From Candidatus Ozemobacteraceae bacterium (GTDB lineage: Bacteria > Muiribacteriota > Ozemobacteria > Ozemobacterales > Ozemobacteraceae), in NCBI GenBank assembly GCA_965140445.1, contig OZ223236.1:2336001-2400000 (forward strand): DNA of 64,000 nucleotides, read 5' to 3'. This document shows positions 19,199 through 29,009 of this stretch, piece after piece. The stretch's first letter is position 1; each line of letters starts with the position of its first letter. Both the position numbers and the translations under genes were made by a program. Under the pieces are notes generated by a model, which had not been told where the DNA came from, made no database searches, and worked only from the letters and a program-made list of their open reading frames with translations.

Positions 19199-20155
19199 TT
19201 ATTCTCGCGTAAATGCACAACACTCTGAAGATTTATAGACTGAAATTTTGAATTCTTCAAGAATCTTAATCAACTCGTGATCCGGCATTACAATTCTGTC
19301 TATTCCGTTCATCCAGGAAATAATGTCAATTGCTCGACGAATAAAACCTGATGGGCGCATACATCCCAGTTGAATTGGGCAGTTTAGTTTCTTTCTGGCA
19401 TAACTTAAAAGCTCTATTATTCTTTCTATAGTTGGGGTGGGGGAATCAGCCATTGCTGTATTTGGAGTTGGCCGCAGAACAATGAATACCAACATTTCAG
19501 GGGAATTTTCACTTAAAAAATCAATCGATCGTTCTTCGTCTGAATTTAAACCGAAATTCAACCCTATGGTTATATGTGGAATTGTTACAAAGTGATCACT
19601 GAAATCTAGAAAAAGTTTTTGATAGTCTTTATGGCTATAAGGCAGATGAAAAACCTTTTCTATAACTTCGTCTGATCCTGGTAGATCAAAAGAAATAATA
19701 TTTTTGCCATTTTTAAATTTAAGAAAAGCTTCTACCGATTGATATCCTGGATGAATATTTAAAGAAAGGTGCTCGGGTAAATTTGCCAATTTTTCAAAAT
19801 TCTCTGAAATTGGAACCTTCCCATTTTCGTCGCTTCCCCCGCTGATTAGAAGCGATTGGTAGCGATTAAAATCGATTTTATCAAGAGAAGTTAGCGGAGT
19901 CATTCCATTCAAATAATGGCTTTCACAGTGACTGCATTTTAACTTACACTGATTTCCTGTAACAGAAATACTAAGAGTTTTTACCGGCGAAATCCTATGC
20001 AGACTAAAGGAACAAAGATTTCCAAATTTCTCAAAATCTGGGCAAAGATGTCTAAAAGCTTCTGGAACAGCACTAATTAGTTTCCCAAAAAGCAATTTTT
20101 GCAGAGTGGTATCCTGGAAAGCTGGAGCTTTGGCTTGAAGATTAGATTTCGTCAT
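19199..20155 (-). CDS. lipS1: Radical SAM lipoate synthase subunit LipS1
   Basis: ISVTGNQCKLKCSHC, LISGG, PHITIGL, LGCMRP and terminal CC: the GC(M/A)R + CC signature. Confidence 0.8.
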   Translation of the reverse strand: MTKSNLQAKAPAFQDTTLQKLLFGKLISAVPEAFRHLCPDFEKFGNLCSFSLHRISPVKTLSISVTGNQCKLKCSHCESHYLNGMTPLTSLDKIDFNRYQSLLISGGSDENGKVPISENFEKLANLPEHLSLNIHPGYQSVEAFLKFKNGKNIISFDLPGSDEVIEKVFHLPYSHKDYQKLFLDFSDHFVTIPHITIGLNFGLNSDEERSIDFLSENSPEMLVFIVLRPTPNTAMADSPTPTIERIIELLSYARKKLNCPIQLGCMRPSGFIRRAIDIISWMNGIDRIVMPDHELIKILEEFKISVYKSSECCAFTRE

Positions 20156-21905
20156 CTGCAGAGACGCGAATAACTTCTGAAAGGGTTGTGAGTCCTCTAA
20201 GAACTTTGCCTAAGCCATCCTGGCGAAGGGTTCGCATTCCCTGTTTCATAGATTCATTTTTGATAACACTTGTGGCCGCTTTTTCCACAATGAGTTCTTT
20301 AATTCTTTCATTAGGAAGTAAAAGTTCTGTGATGGTTGTTCTACCCCGGAACCCGGTTTGGTTACATGAACCGCAACCAGCTCCTCTGAAAACCTTTGTT
20401 TTACCAGCTTGATATAGAAGCTTACTGCGTTTGATTATTGCTGCAGCTGGCGTGTATTCTTCTTTACATTCCTCACAAATGGTTCTAATTAAGCGCTGAG
20501 CCATAATTCCTATGATTGAGCTTGCAACAAGAAAGGGTTCAACTCCCATGTCGATTAATCGCGTCATAGCTCCAGCCGAATCATTGGTATGCAAAGTCGA
20601 GAAAACCAGATGCCCCGTTAATGCGGCTCTGATAGCAACTTCGGCCGTATCGTAATCTCGGATTTCGCCGACCATGATAACATCAGGATCCTGACGCAGA
20701 ATTGATCTCAAACCGCCGGCGAAAGTAAAGCCCGCTTTTGGATTAATCTGGCCCTGATTGATATTTGAAAGCTGATATTCAACCGGATCTTCGATTGTAA
20801 CAATATTTATTGCAGCATCTTTAATTTTTTGCAGAGCTGCATAAAGGGTTGAAGTTTTACCACTGCCAGTAGGGCCTGTAACAAGAACAATCCCATTTGG
20901 TTTTTTGATAATTGAACTAAAGTGCTTGAGTGTGTCATCAGACATTCCAAGATCTTCAAGGCCAAAAAGAACTCGACTTTTGTCAAGAATCCTCATAACA
21001 ACCTTTTCGCCGCGCAATGTGGGATAAGTTGAAACACGGAGGTCTATTTCCCGACCCTGTAAGGTTAGCTTGATACGGCCATCTTGAGGAACACGTTTCT
21101 CGGCAATATCCAGTTCTGCCATAACTTTACATCTTGAGATACATGCTGCTTCAAAATTTTTGGGCAGAGCCATAACTTCTTGAAGCATTCCGTCAATTCG
21201 GAAGCGAGTTCGGAGCACAGATTCATCGGGTTCGATATGAATGTCGGAGGCTTTTTCCTTGATCGCTCTCATGATTATGAGGTTTACAAGCTGAATGATG
21301 CTTTGTTTATCTGAAGCATTAATTGAAGAAATATCAAGGACAGCTGGGCCACCTTTATGTTCTCCATGTCCCTGCAATTTTTTAGCGAAATCTTCAATGC
21401 TGCCTTTATTTTCGTTATCAACTGTTCCTGTGCTTGGCATAGCCTGGCCTGGGACTGCAACAGAGGCGTTTGGCGCATAGAATTCTTCGATCGCAGTTTG
21501 AATCTCCTGAGTTGTCGAAACCAGGGGTTTGATTTTACATGCGGTGGTGTACTCAAGGTTGTCTATTACAAAGCTATCAAGCGGATCTAGCATTGCAACG
21601 GTTAGTTGTCCCTTAACGCGAAGAATCGCAATACAATTGTATTTGCGGGCGATGTTCTCGGGGATTAGTTTAACAACCTTAGGGTCAATAACGTAATTTC
21701 GTAGGTTAGCATAGCTAAAACCCAGCTTGGTACAAAGAAAATCAAGGAGTTGCTGTTCTTTAAGATATTCAAGTCTTAGAAGCGTGCATCCAAGAGTGTC
21801 GCTGGTTGCTTTTTGTTCGGCCAGAGCCGTTTTAAGCTGATCAAGGGTAACAAGGCCTTCTGCAACCAGAGATTGGCCAAGAAGTTTTTTCTCTATTCTA
21901 GCCAT
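20142..21905 (-). CDS. pilB: Type IV pilus/T2SS assembly ATPase (PilB/GspE) with N-terminal MshEN-like domain
   Basis: ASDIHIEP, PQDGR, GPTGSGKT, TIEDPVE, LRQDPDVIMVGEIRD, TGHLVFSTLHTN and tetracysteine motif. Confidence 0.95.
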   Translation of the reverse strand: MARIEKKLLGQSLVAEGLVTLDQLKTALAEQKATSDTLGCTLLRLEYLKEQQLLDFLCTKLGFSYANLRNYVIDPKVVKLIPENIARKYNCIAILRVKGQLTVAMLDPLDSFVIDNLEYTTACKIKPLVSTTQEIQTAIEEFYAPNASVAVPGQAMPSTGTVDNENKGSIEDFAKKLQGHGEHKGGPAVLDISSINASDKQSIIQLVNLIIMRAIKEKASDIHIEPDESVLRTRFRIDGMLQEVMALPKNFEAACISRCKVMAELDIAEKRVPQDGRIKLTLQGREIDLRVSTYPTLRGEKVVMRILDKSRVLFGLEDLGMSDDTLKHFSSIIKKPNGIVLVTGPTGSGKTSTLYAALQKIKDAAINIVTIEDPVEYQLSNINQGQINPKAGFTFAGGLRSILRQDPDVIMVGEIRDYDTAEVAIRAALTGHLVFSTLHTNDSAGAMTRLIDMGVEPFLVASSIIGIMAQRLIRTICEECKEEYTPAAAIIKRSKLLYQAGKTKVFRGAGCGSCNQTGFRGRTTITELLLPNERIKELIVEKAATSVIKNESMKQGMRTLRQDGLGKVLRGLTTLSEVIRVSADDEI

Positions 21906-21928
21906 TACTTCTCACTCTTTCTTAATAA

Positions 21929-23638
21929 TTATTCAGAAATACCAAGGTTTTGTTCAAACTGGCGCTGAGCATTCAATACGAAGTTAACAATAACTTTTTC
22001 ATCTTCGTTAGAAACATTATTGAAAGAAATAATGCATTCGTGAACAGGCTTTCCTGTCATGGTCGAGTCGTCAGAAGCTCTGATTTCTCGTTTAAGTCTA
22101 ACGAGACGTCCTTGAACGCCCTGGATGAAATTGCTTCCAATCTGGAAAGCAAGAATGATGTATTTACCTTGCTCTATATCTTCGCTAGTTTCAACTACAC
22201 ATCCGCCAGCAGAAAGATTTGTAATAACTCCGCGCATTTCAAATTCGCTTCCAGATATGCTGCTATCAATTAATTCACCAGAAAGAAGAACTTTAAATTT
22301 ACATGGAATTCTTGTTTCGGTTCTGATGGCAGCTCTCTTAGTAGTTCCTTCAACCTGGAAATCAAATGGAACAAGAGAGTTTTGGAAAACATCAGAAAGC
22401 ATACGCAATTCTTTGGCTGATGTGCTTGTCTGGTCGACAATAACTGTTTTTCCAAGGGCGGTACTGGCAACATTTTGAATCTCAAGAGAAATGTCGTCTG
22501 TGATTTGAGAAATTGTATTTACTTTCTGATACATGATGTCGGCTGTATCGCTTTGTCGCTCTGCTGATAAACTAATGTCTTTAATAATATCATTGAGCTG
22601 ATTTGTAGTCTGAACCATGGCACCAAGGCTTTGTTCAACAGCGCTAATAACTTCCATGCCCTGATTAACCTGAATAGTATTGTTCTGCATCATTTCAGCA
22701 GCATTTTCTGTTTTGTGCAAAATATCGTTGATCAGGTTATTGATCTTTTTAGATGATTCTGCTGAACCTCTGGCTAGCTTTCTTACTTCTTCCGCAACAA
22801 CAGCAAAACCTCTTCCTTGTTCACCTGCTCTGGCGGCCTCAATGGCTGCGTTAAGAGCGAGCAGGTTTGTCTTTTCTGCGATGTTAGCAATTTCAGTAAG
22901 AATCGTTCCGATCTGTTTACTGCGATCATTCAAATCGTTTACCAGAGAAGCTGAACCATCTGTTAATTCTTTAATTTTCAACATCTTCTTAACAGATTCT
23001 TTAACTGAGCCCTGAGTTGTAGTAGCAATTTCAGAAACGCTCTGACTGTCTTCTTTGGCAATAATTAATTTAGAACTAATATCTTTTGTAAGGCTGAAGC
23101 TGCTTTCGAGTGATGAAATTGTTTCTCGAAGGCTGGTGGCGTTGTCCAGAGCTTTGGCGTTAATGTCCTCAACCCTTTCAACGATTTCTTTAATAACCTG
23201 TGAGCTGACTTGAGCTGTTCTATCCAAATCAAGAGAAGCTTCTTCGAGTTTAAAGGAAATAACCAAAACTCTTTTAAGTACAGAAACGACCAGTTTAAAC
23301 ATCTGGTCAAAAACATCTAATTCTTTTCCCAGGCCACTTTTTGAAGACTTGAAACCTTCAGGTCGGAGCCCAACCATTTCCGTTAAATCCTGTGAAATGA
23401 TTGATATTAATCCACGTAGTATTTCACGGGCGAAAAGACCAATCAGAACTCCCGAAGCCAGGCCAAGAGCCAATGAAGCAATAACAAAAGTTGTTTTAAC
23501 TGTTTTGCTTATTTTGAGCAGGGCAATACCAACGCCAGCGGAAGAGCAACCAACAATTACCCCAATTAAAATGGCGAAAACCCACAGATTTTTCTGTGAA
23601 CTCGTATTTTTATTTATTATCAAAGAATGAAGGGCCAT
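21929..23638 (-). CDS. Methyl-accepting chemotaxis protein with C-terminal PilZ domain
   Basis: Two N-terminal TM helices. MCP core [37 protein letters not shown]. PilZ motifs RAAIR and NLSAGG. Confidence 0.9.
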   Translation of the reverse strand: MALHSLIINKNTSSQKNLWVFAILIGVIVGCSSAGVGIALLKISKTVKTTFVIASLALGLASGVLIGLFAREILRGLISIISQDLTEMVGLRPEGFKSSKSGLGKELDVFDQMFKLVVSVLKRVLVISFKLEEASLDLDRTAQVSSQVIKEIVERVEDINAKALDNATSLRETISSLESSFSLTKDISSKLIIAKEDSQSVSEIATTTQGSVKESVKKMLKIKELTDGSASLVNDLNDRSKQIGTILTEIANIAEKTNLLALNAAIEAARAGEQGRGFAVVAEEVRKLARGSAESSKKINNLINDILHKTENAAEMMQNNTIQVNQGMEVISAVEQSLGAMVQTTNQLNDIIKDISLSAERQSDTADIMYQKVNTISQITDDISLEIQNVASTALGKTVIVDQTSTSAKELRMLSDVFQNSLVPFDFQVEGTTKRAAIRTETRIPCKFKVLLSGELIDSSISGSEFEMRGVITNLSAGGCVVETSEDIEQGKYIILAFQIGSNFIQGVQGRLVRLKREIRASDDSTMTGKPVHECIISFNNVSNEDEKVIVNFVLNAQRQFEQNLGISE

Positions 23639-23654
23639 GATTTATAGATCTATC

Positions 23655-24386
23655 TCAATTTGAATTTGCTTTTTGTTTCGGACGATTGTCTGGTTTTCTT
23701 TCGGAATTATTTTTATTTTTTTCAGGATTTTTTTCTTTTCTAATTTTATCGAGGATTCCGTTGACAAATTCAAAGCTTCTGTCAGCAGAAAATTCTTTAG
23801 CTAATTCGATTGCTTCGTTTATTGAAGCGCTTGTTGGAATTGCTGGAAAATGAAGCAATTCACAGGTGGCGAATCGCAATATGCATCTATCTATGCTTGC
23901 CATTCTATCAAGAGTCCAGTTTTTGGCAACTGATTCCAGAGTTTTATCAATGCTTTTGATATTTTCACTGGTTTGAACAACCAGTTCTCTACTGAACTTT
24001 TCAATTGGCGAAAGTTTATCCAAGTGATTTATTACTGAATCAGAAAGTTTCACAACTTCTTTTTCGGCTTTTTCATTGTAGGTAACTCCTGGAAAATGCT
24101 TTTCCAGAATAAATTTAACTATTTCTTTTAATTCTGCACGTTCTGGCAGAGGGAAGGAAGAAAACTTCCCGGAGAAGTCGGGAACAAAGTTCTCGACTTC
24201 TCCAGAAAGTACTTCACTTGCTTTAGAACTCTTCAAGAATTTTTCAGCTATTTTTTGAAAAGCTGGCCCATAGAGCGTTTCACCCAAAACCTGATTAATT
24301 GCTTCCTCAGGTTCTGCTTTGATTAGATCAATTTGATAAAGAGCTTTCAGGGCGGCCTGTCTGGCCTGCCTTCTTGGAGAGTTCAT
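23655..24386 (-). CDS. nusB: Transcription antitermination factor NusB with internal insertion
   Basis: RRQARQAALKALYQ at the N-terminus; NWTLDRMASIDRCILR, INEAIELAKEF, FVNGILD. Confidence 0.9.
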   Translation of the reverse strand: MNSPRRQARQAALKALYQIDLIKAEPEEAINQVLGETLYGPAFQKIAEKFLKSSKASEVLSGEVENFVPDFSGKFSSFPLPERAELKEIVKFILEKHFPGVTYNEKAEKEVVKLSDSVINHLDKLSPIEKFSRELVVQTSENIKSIDKTLESVAKNWTLDRMASIDRCILRFATCELLHFPAIPTSASINEAIELAKEFSADRSFEFVNGILDKIRKEKNPEKNKNNSERKPDNRPKQKANSN

Positions 24387-24397
24387 TTTATTATTCC

Positions 24398-27181
24398 TTA
24401 GGCTTCAGATGCTTTAGCTTTTACTGGTGTGTGATTCTGTGTTTTAAGGGTATTTTCTCTTTCTTCGCGATACTTGAGAGCTGCGTGAGCGGCTGCAAGT
24501 CTTGCTATTGGAACGCGGAAAGGTGAGCAGCTTACATAATCAAAACCAAGTTTGTGGCAGAACATTACAGAGTTAGGTTCTCCGCCGTGCTCACCGCAAA
24601 TACCAACTTTAAGTTTTGGATTAGTCTGTCTTCCTTTGGTAACTCCCATTTCCATCAATACTCCAACGCCTTCCTGGTCAACAGTCTGGAAAGGATCTGC
24701 TGGGAGGATTTTGTTGTTGTAATAAACTTCAAGGAATTTACCAGCGTCATCGCGGCTGTATCCGAAAGTCATCTGAGTAAGATCGTTTGTACCAAAGCTG
24801 AAGAATTCAGCTTCTGTAGCAACCTTATCTGCAGTGATTGCGGCTCTAGGAATTTCGATCATAGTGCCGATCATGTATTTAAGTTTGCCTTCAACTTCAT
24901 ACTTTTTGCATGTGTCGATAGCGATCTGCTTAACAACGGCTTTCTGGTGCTTTAGTTCTGCAACAGTTCCGATGAGAGGGATCATAACTTCTGGATAAAC
25001 TTCAACGCCTTCTTTGGTCAGCTTGCATGCTGCTTCAAAGATTGCCTGAGCCTGCATTTCAGTGATTTCAGGATAGGTGATTCCGAGACGGCATCCTCTA
25101 TGACCAAGCATTGGGTTGAATTCGTGAAGAGATTCAACTTTAGCTCTAATGGTTTCAAGAGAAATTCCCATTTCAGTTGCCATTTCCTGCTGATTTTTTT
25201 CTTCGTGTGGGATGAATTCATGGAGAGGTGGATCGAGGGTTCTGATGGTTACTGGGTAACCAGCCATAGCCTTGAGGATTCCATAAAAGTCATCAGTCTG
25301 GAATTCAAGAAGCTTCTTAAGAGCTTTTCTGCGTCCAGCTTCGTCATCAGCAAGAATCATTTCTCTCATGTGTTTGATTCTTTCACCTTCGAAGAACATG
25401 TGTTCAGTTCTGCAGAGACCAATGCCCTGAGCTCCGAATTTTCTTGCTACGAGAGAATCTTTTGGAGTGTCAGCGTTTGTTCTAACATCAAGAGATCTGA
25501 TTTCGTCAGCCCAAGCCATGATCTGGCCGAAGCTTCCAGAAAGTTCTGGATCGATAGTGTTAACCTGACCAAGCATAACTTCGCCAGTTGAACCATCTAA
25601 GCTAATCCAATCGCCTTCTTTAATTACAGTGCTGCCAACGGTCATCTGACGTTCGGCATATTTAATTTTGAGTTCGCCACAACCTGCAACACAACATTTA
25701 CCCATACCACGAGCAACAACAGCTGCATGAGAAGTCATACCGCCACGAGCAGTAAGGATACCATTAGCAACATCCATACCACCAATGTCTTCTGGGCTGG
25801 TTTCGATACGAACAAGAATTACTCTTTCGCCTCTGGCAACCCATTCTTCAGCGTCTTCAGCGTTGAATACTGCTCTACCTGTGCTTGCGCCAGGAGATGC
25901 TGGAAGACCTTTTGTGATGATATTCTTTTCGCCGTTTGGATCAAATACTGGGTGAAGAAGTTGATCAAGATCGTTAGGGTTAACTCTAAGAAGAGCTGCA
26001 TCCTTGCTGATAAGGCCTTCTGCAGCCATGTCGCAAGCGATTTTTACTGCAGCTGCAGCAGTTCTTTTACCAGTTCTGGTTTGAAGCATCCAAAGTTTTT
26101 CCTGCTGAACTGTAAATTCGATGTCCTGCATATCTTTGTAATGCTGCTCAAGCTTCATATAAACGTCTACAAGCTGTTTGTAAACGGCTGGCATTTGTTC
26201 TTCAAGTGAAGGGAAGTCTTTTGCACGAACTTCTTCAGAAATGTTGTTATCTTTTGCCCATAATCTTGAGCCTTCGATTGTAATCTGCTGAGGAGTTCTA
26301 ATACCGGCAACAACATCTTCGCCCTGAGCGTCAATAAGATATTCGCCATAAAATTTGTTTTCGCCAGTTGAAGGGTTTCTTGTGAAAGCAACGCCTGTAG
26401 CACAGTCGTTACCCATGTTTCCATAAACCATAGCCTGTACGTTTACGGCAGTTCCCCAGGAATCATCAAAACCATTCATTTTTCTGTAACGAATTGCTCT
26501 TTCGCAGTTCCATGAACCGAAAACCGCGTCAATTGCTCCCCAAAGCTGTTCCATTGGATCGGTTGGGAATTCTTTGCCGAGTCTGCTTTTGATAAGGGCT
26601 TTGTAGCGCTGAGTTAATTCTTTAAGAATTTCAGCAGTCATTTCGCTATCAGACTCAATATTGTTTTCTTCTTTAAGTTTGTCCATTACTGTTTCAAATG
26701 GATCTTCTTCGTCTTTTGATTCTGGTTTCATGCCCATAACAACATCGCCATACATATGTACGAAACGACGATATGAGTCCCAACCAAAACGAGCGTTGCC
26801 TGTTTTGGCGATAATGCCTTCAACAGTTTCGTCGTTGAGACCAAGATTCAAAACAGTATCCATCATACCAGGCATTGACACGCGGGCTCCGGATCTAACT
26901 GAAACAAGAAGAGGGTTGTTTTTGTCGCCAAATTTGGCTTCCATTGTTGTTTCGATGTGAGTCAAACCTGCGGTAAGTTGATCTTTTAATTCAGGTGGAT
27001 AATTGCGGTTGTTTTTATAATAAACGTCGCACATTTCAGTGGTAATAGTTAGACCAGCTGGAACTGGAACACCTATGCTGTTCATTTCAGCAAGGTTCGC
27101 GCCTTTACCGCCGAGTAAATTCTTCATATCGGCTCGGCCTTCAGCCTTGCCAGCTCCGAAAGTATAAACGTATTTTGCCAT
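24398..27181 (-). CDS. ppdK: Pyruvate, phosphate dikinase
   Basis: LGGKGANLAEM, SVRSGA, GGMTSHAAVVARG, GLCRTEHMF, FSFGTNDLTQ. ATG 27181 with GGAGG RBS. Confidence 0.98.
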   Translation of the reverse strand: MAKYVYTFGAGKAEGRADMKNLLGGKGANLAEMNSIGVPVPAGLTITTEMCDVYYKNNRNYPPELKDQLTAGLTHIETTMEAKFGDKNNPLLVSVRSGARVSMPGMMDTVLNLGLNDETVEGIIAKTGNARFGWDSYRRFVHMYGDVVMGMKPESKDEEDPFETVMDKLKEENNIESDSEMTAEILKELTQRYKALIKSRLGKEFPTDPMEQLWGAIDAVFGSWNCERAIRYRKMNGFDDSWGTAVNVQAMVYGNMGNDCATGVAFTRNPSTGENKFYGEYLIDAQGEDVVAGIRTPQQITIEGSRLWAKDNNISEEVRAKDFPSLEEQMPAVYKQLVDVYMKLEQHYKDMQDIEFTVQQEKLWMLQTRTGKRTAAAAVKIACDMAAEGLISKDAALLRVNPNDLDQLLHPVFDPNGEKNIITKGLPASPGASTGRAVFNAEDAEEWVARGERVILVRIETSPEDIGGMDVANGILTARGGMTSHAAVVARGMGKCCVAGCGELKIKYAERQMTVGSTVIKEGDWISLDGSTGEVMLGQVNTIDPELSGSFGQIMAWADEIRSLDVRTNADTPKDSLVARKFGAQGIGLCRTEHMFFEGERIKHMREMILADDEAGRRKALKKLLEFQTDDFYGILKAMAGYPVTIRTLDPPLHEFIPHEEKNQQEMATEMGISLETIRAKVESLHEFNPMLGHRGCRLGITYPEITEMQAQAIFEAACKLTKEGVEVYPEVMIPLIGTVAELKHQKAVVKQIAIDTCKKYEVEGKLKYMIGTMIEIPRAAITADKVATEAEFFSFGTNDLTQMTFGYSRDDAGKFLEVYYNNKILPADPFQTVDQEGVGVLMEMGVTKGRQTNPKLKVGICGEHGGEPNSVMFCHKLGFDYVSCSPFRVPIARLAAAHAALKYREERENTLKTQNHTPVKAKASEA

Positions 27182-27239
27182 CCGGTGCCTCCTGCACAAA
27201 AATTATATATTTTATGGGAAAATCCCATGCTTTCGGGAA

Positions 27240-27268
27240 AGAATAGCATAGGGAAGAGTCTTATGCAA
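27240..27268 (-). promoter_or_regulatory. Putative sigma70 promoter of the ppdK operon
   Basis: TTGCAT-17 nt-TATTCT with a TG-extended -10 on the minus strand. Confidence 0.5.
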
Positions 27269-27308
27269 GGTACTTGTGGGCTTGAATTTTGAAAGTTTAC
27301 AGGGAAAA

Positions 27309-27683
27309 TCAGGCAGTGAGTTTTTCTATTTCCTCAATTACCAATTCTGGATCAAATGGTTTAAAAACAAATCCATTTGCTCCACTTTCAATTCCTTTTT
27401 TCTTGTCCTGTATTAAGGCCAGTGCAGTAACCATTAAAACTGGAGTATCTTTTGTTTCTTCAGCTTCTTTAAGGGCTTTGCAGACTTCATAGCCATCCAT
27501 TTCCGGCATCGCAATATCTAGAATTACCAGATCTGGTTTCATTTGCTTAGCTAGCTCTAAACCTTTTTTGGGATCAAGGCTTGACACGCTTTTATAACCG
27601 TAAACGCTTAAAATGGTTTCCAGAAGAAGTACGATGGCTTCTTCGTCGTCGATTATAAGTATAGTTTTTGCTTCGCTGTTCAT
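27309..27683 (-). CDS. Single-domain response regulator (CheY-like receiver)
   Basis: ILIIDDE, LDIAMPEMDG, VTA, KPF. Confidence 0.92.
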   Translation of the reverse strand: MNSEAKTILIIDDEEAIVLLLETILSVYGYKSVSSLDPKKGLELAKQMKPDLVILDIAMPEMDGYEVCKALKEAEETKDTPVLMVTALALIQDKKKGIESGANGFVFKPFDPELVIEEIEKLTA

Positions 27684-27780
27684 GTTCTAGCAATATATGG
27701 TAAAGAGCTCTGACTTTCAATCAAAATTTTTAATTCTAACTTGTTTGACTGTAACATTCTGAGGTGTTATACCTAAACAA

Positions 27781-28224
27781 ATGGAAATGAAGCAGCTTGC
27801 AGCTAATATATTTTTTGGAATATTGCTAATCCTCGCAGGGTTCTGGCTTGGAAGCATTGGTTTTTCCATCGAAAAAAGAAATGTGGAATTTTCTAACATG
27901 GAGAAATGTCTGGCGTTTTATAAAGATTTTCGGGCTAACAATGATCAGGGAAAATTGCATGAAAACCTTTCAAAAATAGGTTTAACGCCAAAGGATTTTC
28001 AGATTATTATTGATAGATTTATTTATTACAGAACAAGAAAATCGTCCATGAAGCAGGCAATGAACTTGCTTCAGGCTTTCAGGATGGGTTATGATATAAA
28101 ACCCGAAAAAATTGTATCTATTTCGACTTCTTCCCCCGCTTCAGCGCCGTTCAGCCTTGATGCAGAAATTTTGTCGGTTTTTGAAAAGAAACCAGATTTA
28201 GTTAAAGACGCCTTCGAAGGGTAG
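27781..28224 (+). CDS. Hypothetical protein with N-terminal membrane anchor
   Basis: 147-aa ORF with a TM helix. First of three tightly spaced co-oriented genes. Confidence 0.65.
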   Translation: MEMKQLAANIFFGILLILAGFWLGSIGFSIEKRNVEFSNMEKCLAFYKDFRANNDQGKLHENLSKIGLTPKDFQIIIDRFIYYRTRKSSMKQAMNLLQAFRMGYDIKPEKIVSISTSSPASAPFSLDAEILSVFEKKPDLVKDAFEG

Positions 28225-28227
28225 AAA

Positions 28228-29007
28228 ATGAAAAAAAGTAAAAAAACAAAGAACAATGCCAAAGACAGCAATATTAAGTTAAAAGCTAATAAAGTAAATG
28301 AATCTGTTGACCAAAATGAATTGGAAGTTGAATTTAAAAAAGAACTTTCAGAAGGTTCGGTTGCTGAAGAAGTTAAGCCTGATGAGGAAAATGCAAAGAT
28401 AGTCGAATCAGAAGAAACTACAGAAAAATCTTCTGATCCCAAGTCTGTTGTTCCCACTGAAAAGAGCCTGTTTAAAAGAGTTATTGACTCAATGATTGAG
28501 CGCCAGGTATTGCAAAAGTTTTTTACCTTGATTTTTGCATTGCTGGTTTTTGGCTATTTTTACTATTTTACTCCAAAGCATAGGCAGATTTTAACTTACA
28601 TGGGTACCATGCTGCTTATGGTTATGGTTTATGCTGAAATTTTAGTTATCCGGGATCATTTGTGGGTGATTGAGGGAAGCATGAGGGAAGCCAGACGATG
28701 GAGAGACATCTTTTTCAATGCAAAGAGCATAAAAAAGCAGCGCATTAGAAAGATGCTTGCAATGGTTTTCGCAATGGGAACTTTCTCCTATGTTTATATT
28801 AAGGCTTTGGGCAGCCCTATTTTTTCTTTTTTTGGCGTGATTTTAATGATTACCGTTTTGTATTATGAAATTTTGTCTATACGAGATGAGGTTCATTTAA
28901 TGTCCATGTCAATCCGTGCTCAAAAAATTGAAGATTTGAAACCAGAAAAAGAAAATTCTGGAAAATCAATTGATGAAGAAAATTCCCTGGACCAATTAGA
29001 CTCCTGA
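28228..29007 (+). CDS. Hypothetical 4-TM membrane protein with internal duplication
   Basis: Two similar 2-TM units ending YAEILVIRD and YYEILSIRD. Charged termini. Confidence 0.7.
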   Translation: MKKSKKTKNNAKDSNIKLKANKVNESVDQNELEVEFKKELSEGSVAEEVKPDEENAKIVESEETTEKSSDPKSVVPTEKSLFKRVIDSMIERQVLQKFFTLIFALLVFGYFYYFTPKHRQILTYMGTMLLMVMVYAEILVIRDHLWVIEGSMREARRWRDIFFNAKSIKKQRIRKMLAMVFAMGTFSYVYIKALGSPIFSFFGVILMITVLYYEILSIRDEVHLMSMSIRAQKIEDLKPEKENSGKSIDEENSLDQLDS

Positions 29008-29009
29008 TT

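Noticed and set aside
18247..20155. Radical SAM pair as hydrogenase maturases HydE/HydG or biotin synthase
   Set aside because: Motifs fit LipS1/LipS2, and the genes are convergent with hydA across a terminator.
24554..26960. Long antisense ORFs (99-163 aa) opposite ppdK; similar ones opposite pgi, pilB, the hydrogenases and the giant gene
   Set aside because: Shadow frames caused by codon bias; no RBS or motifs.
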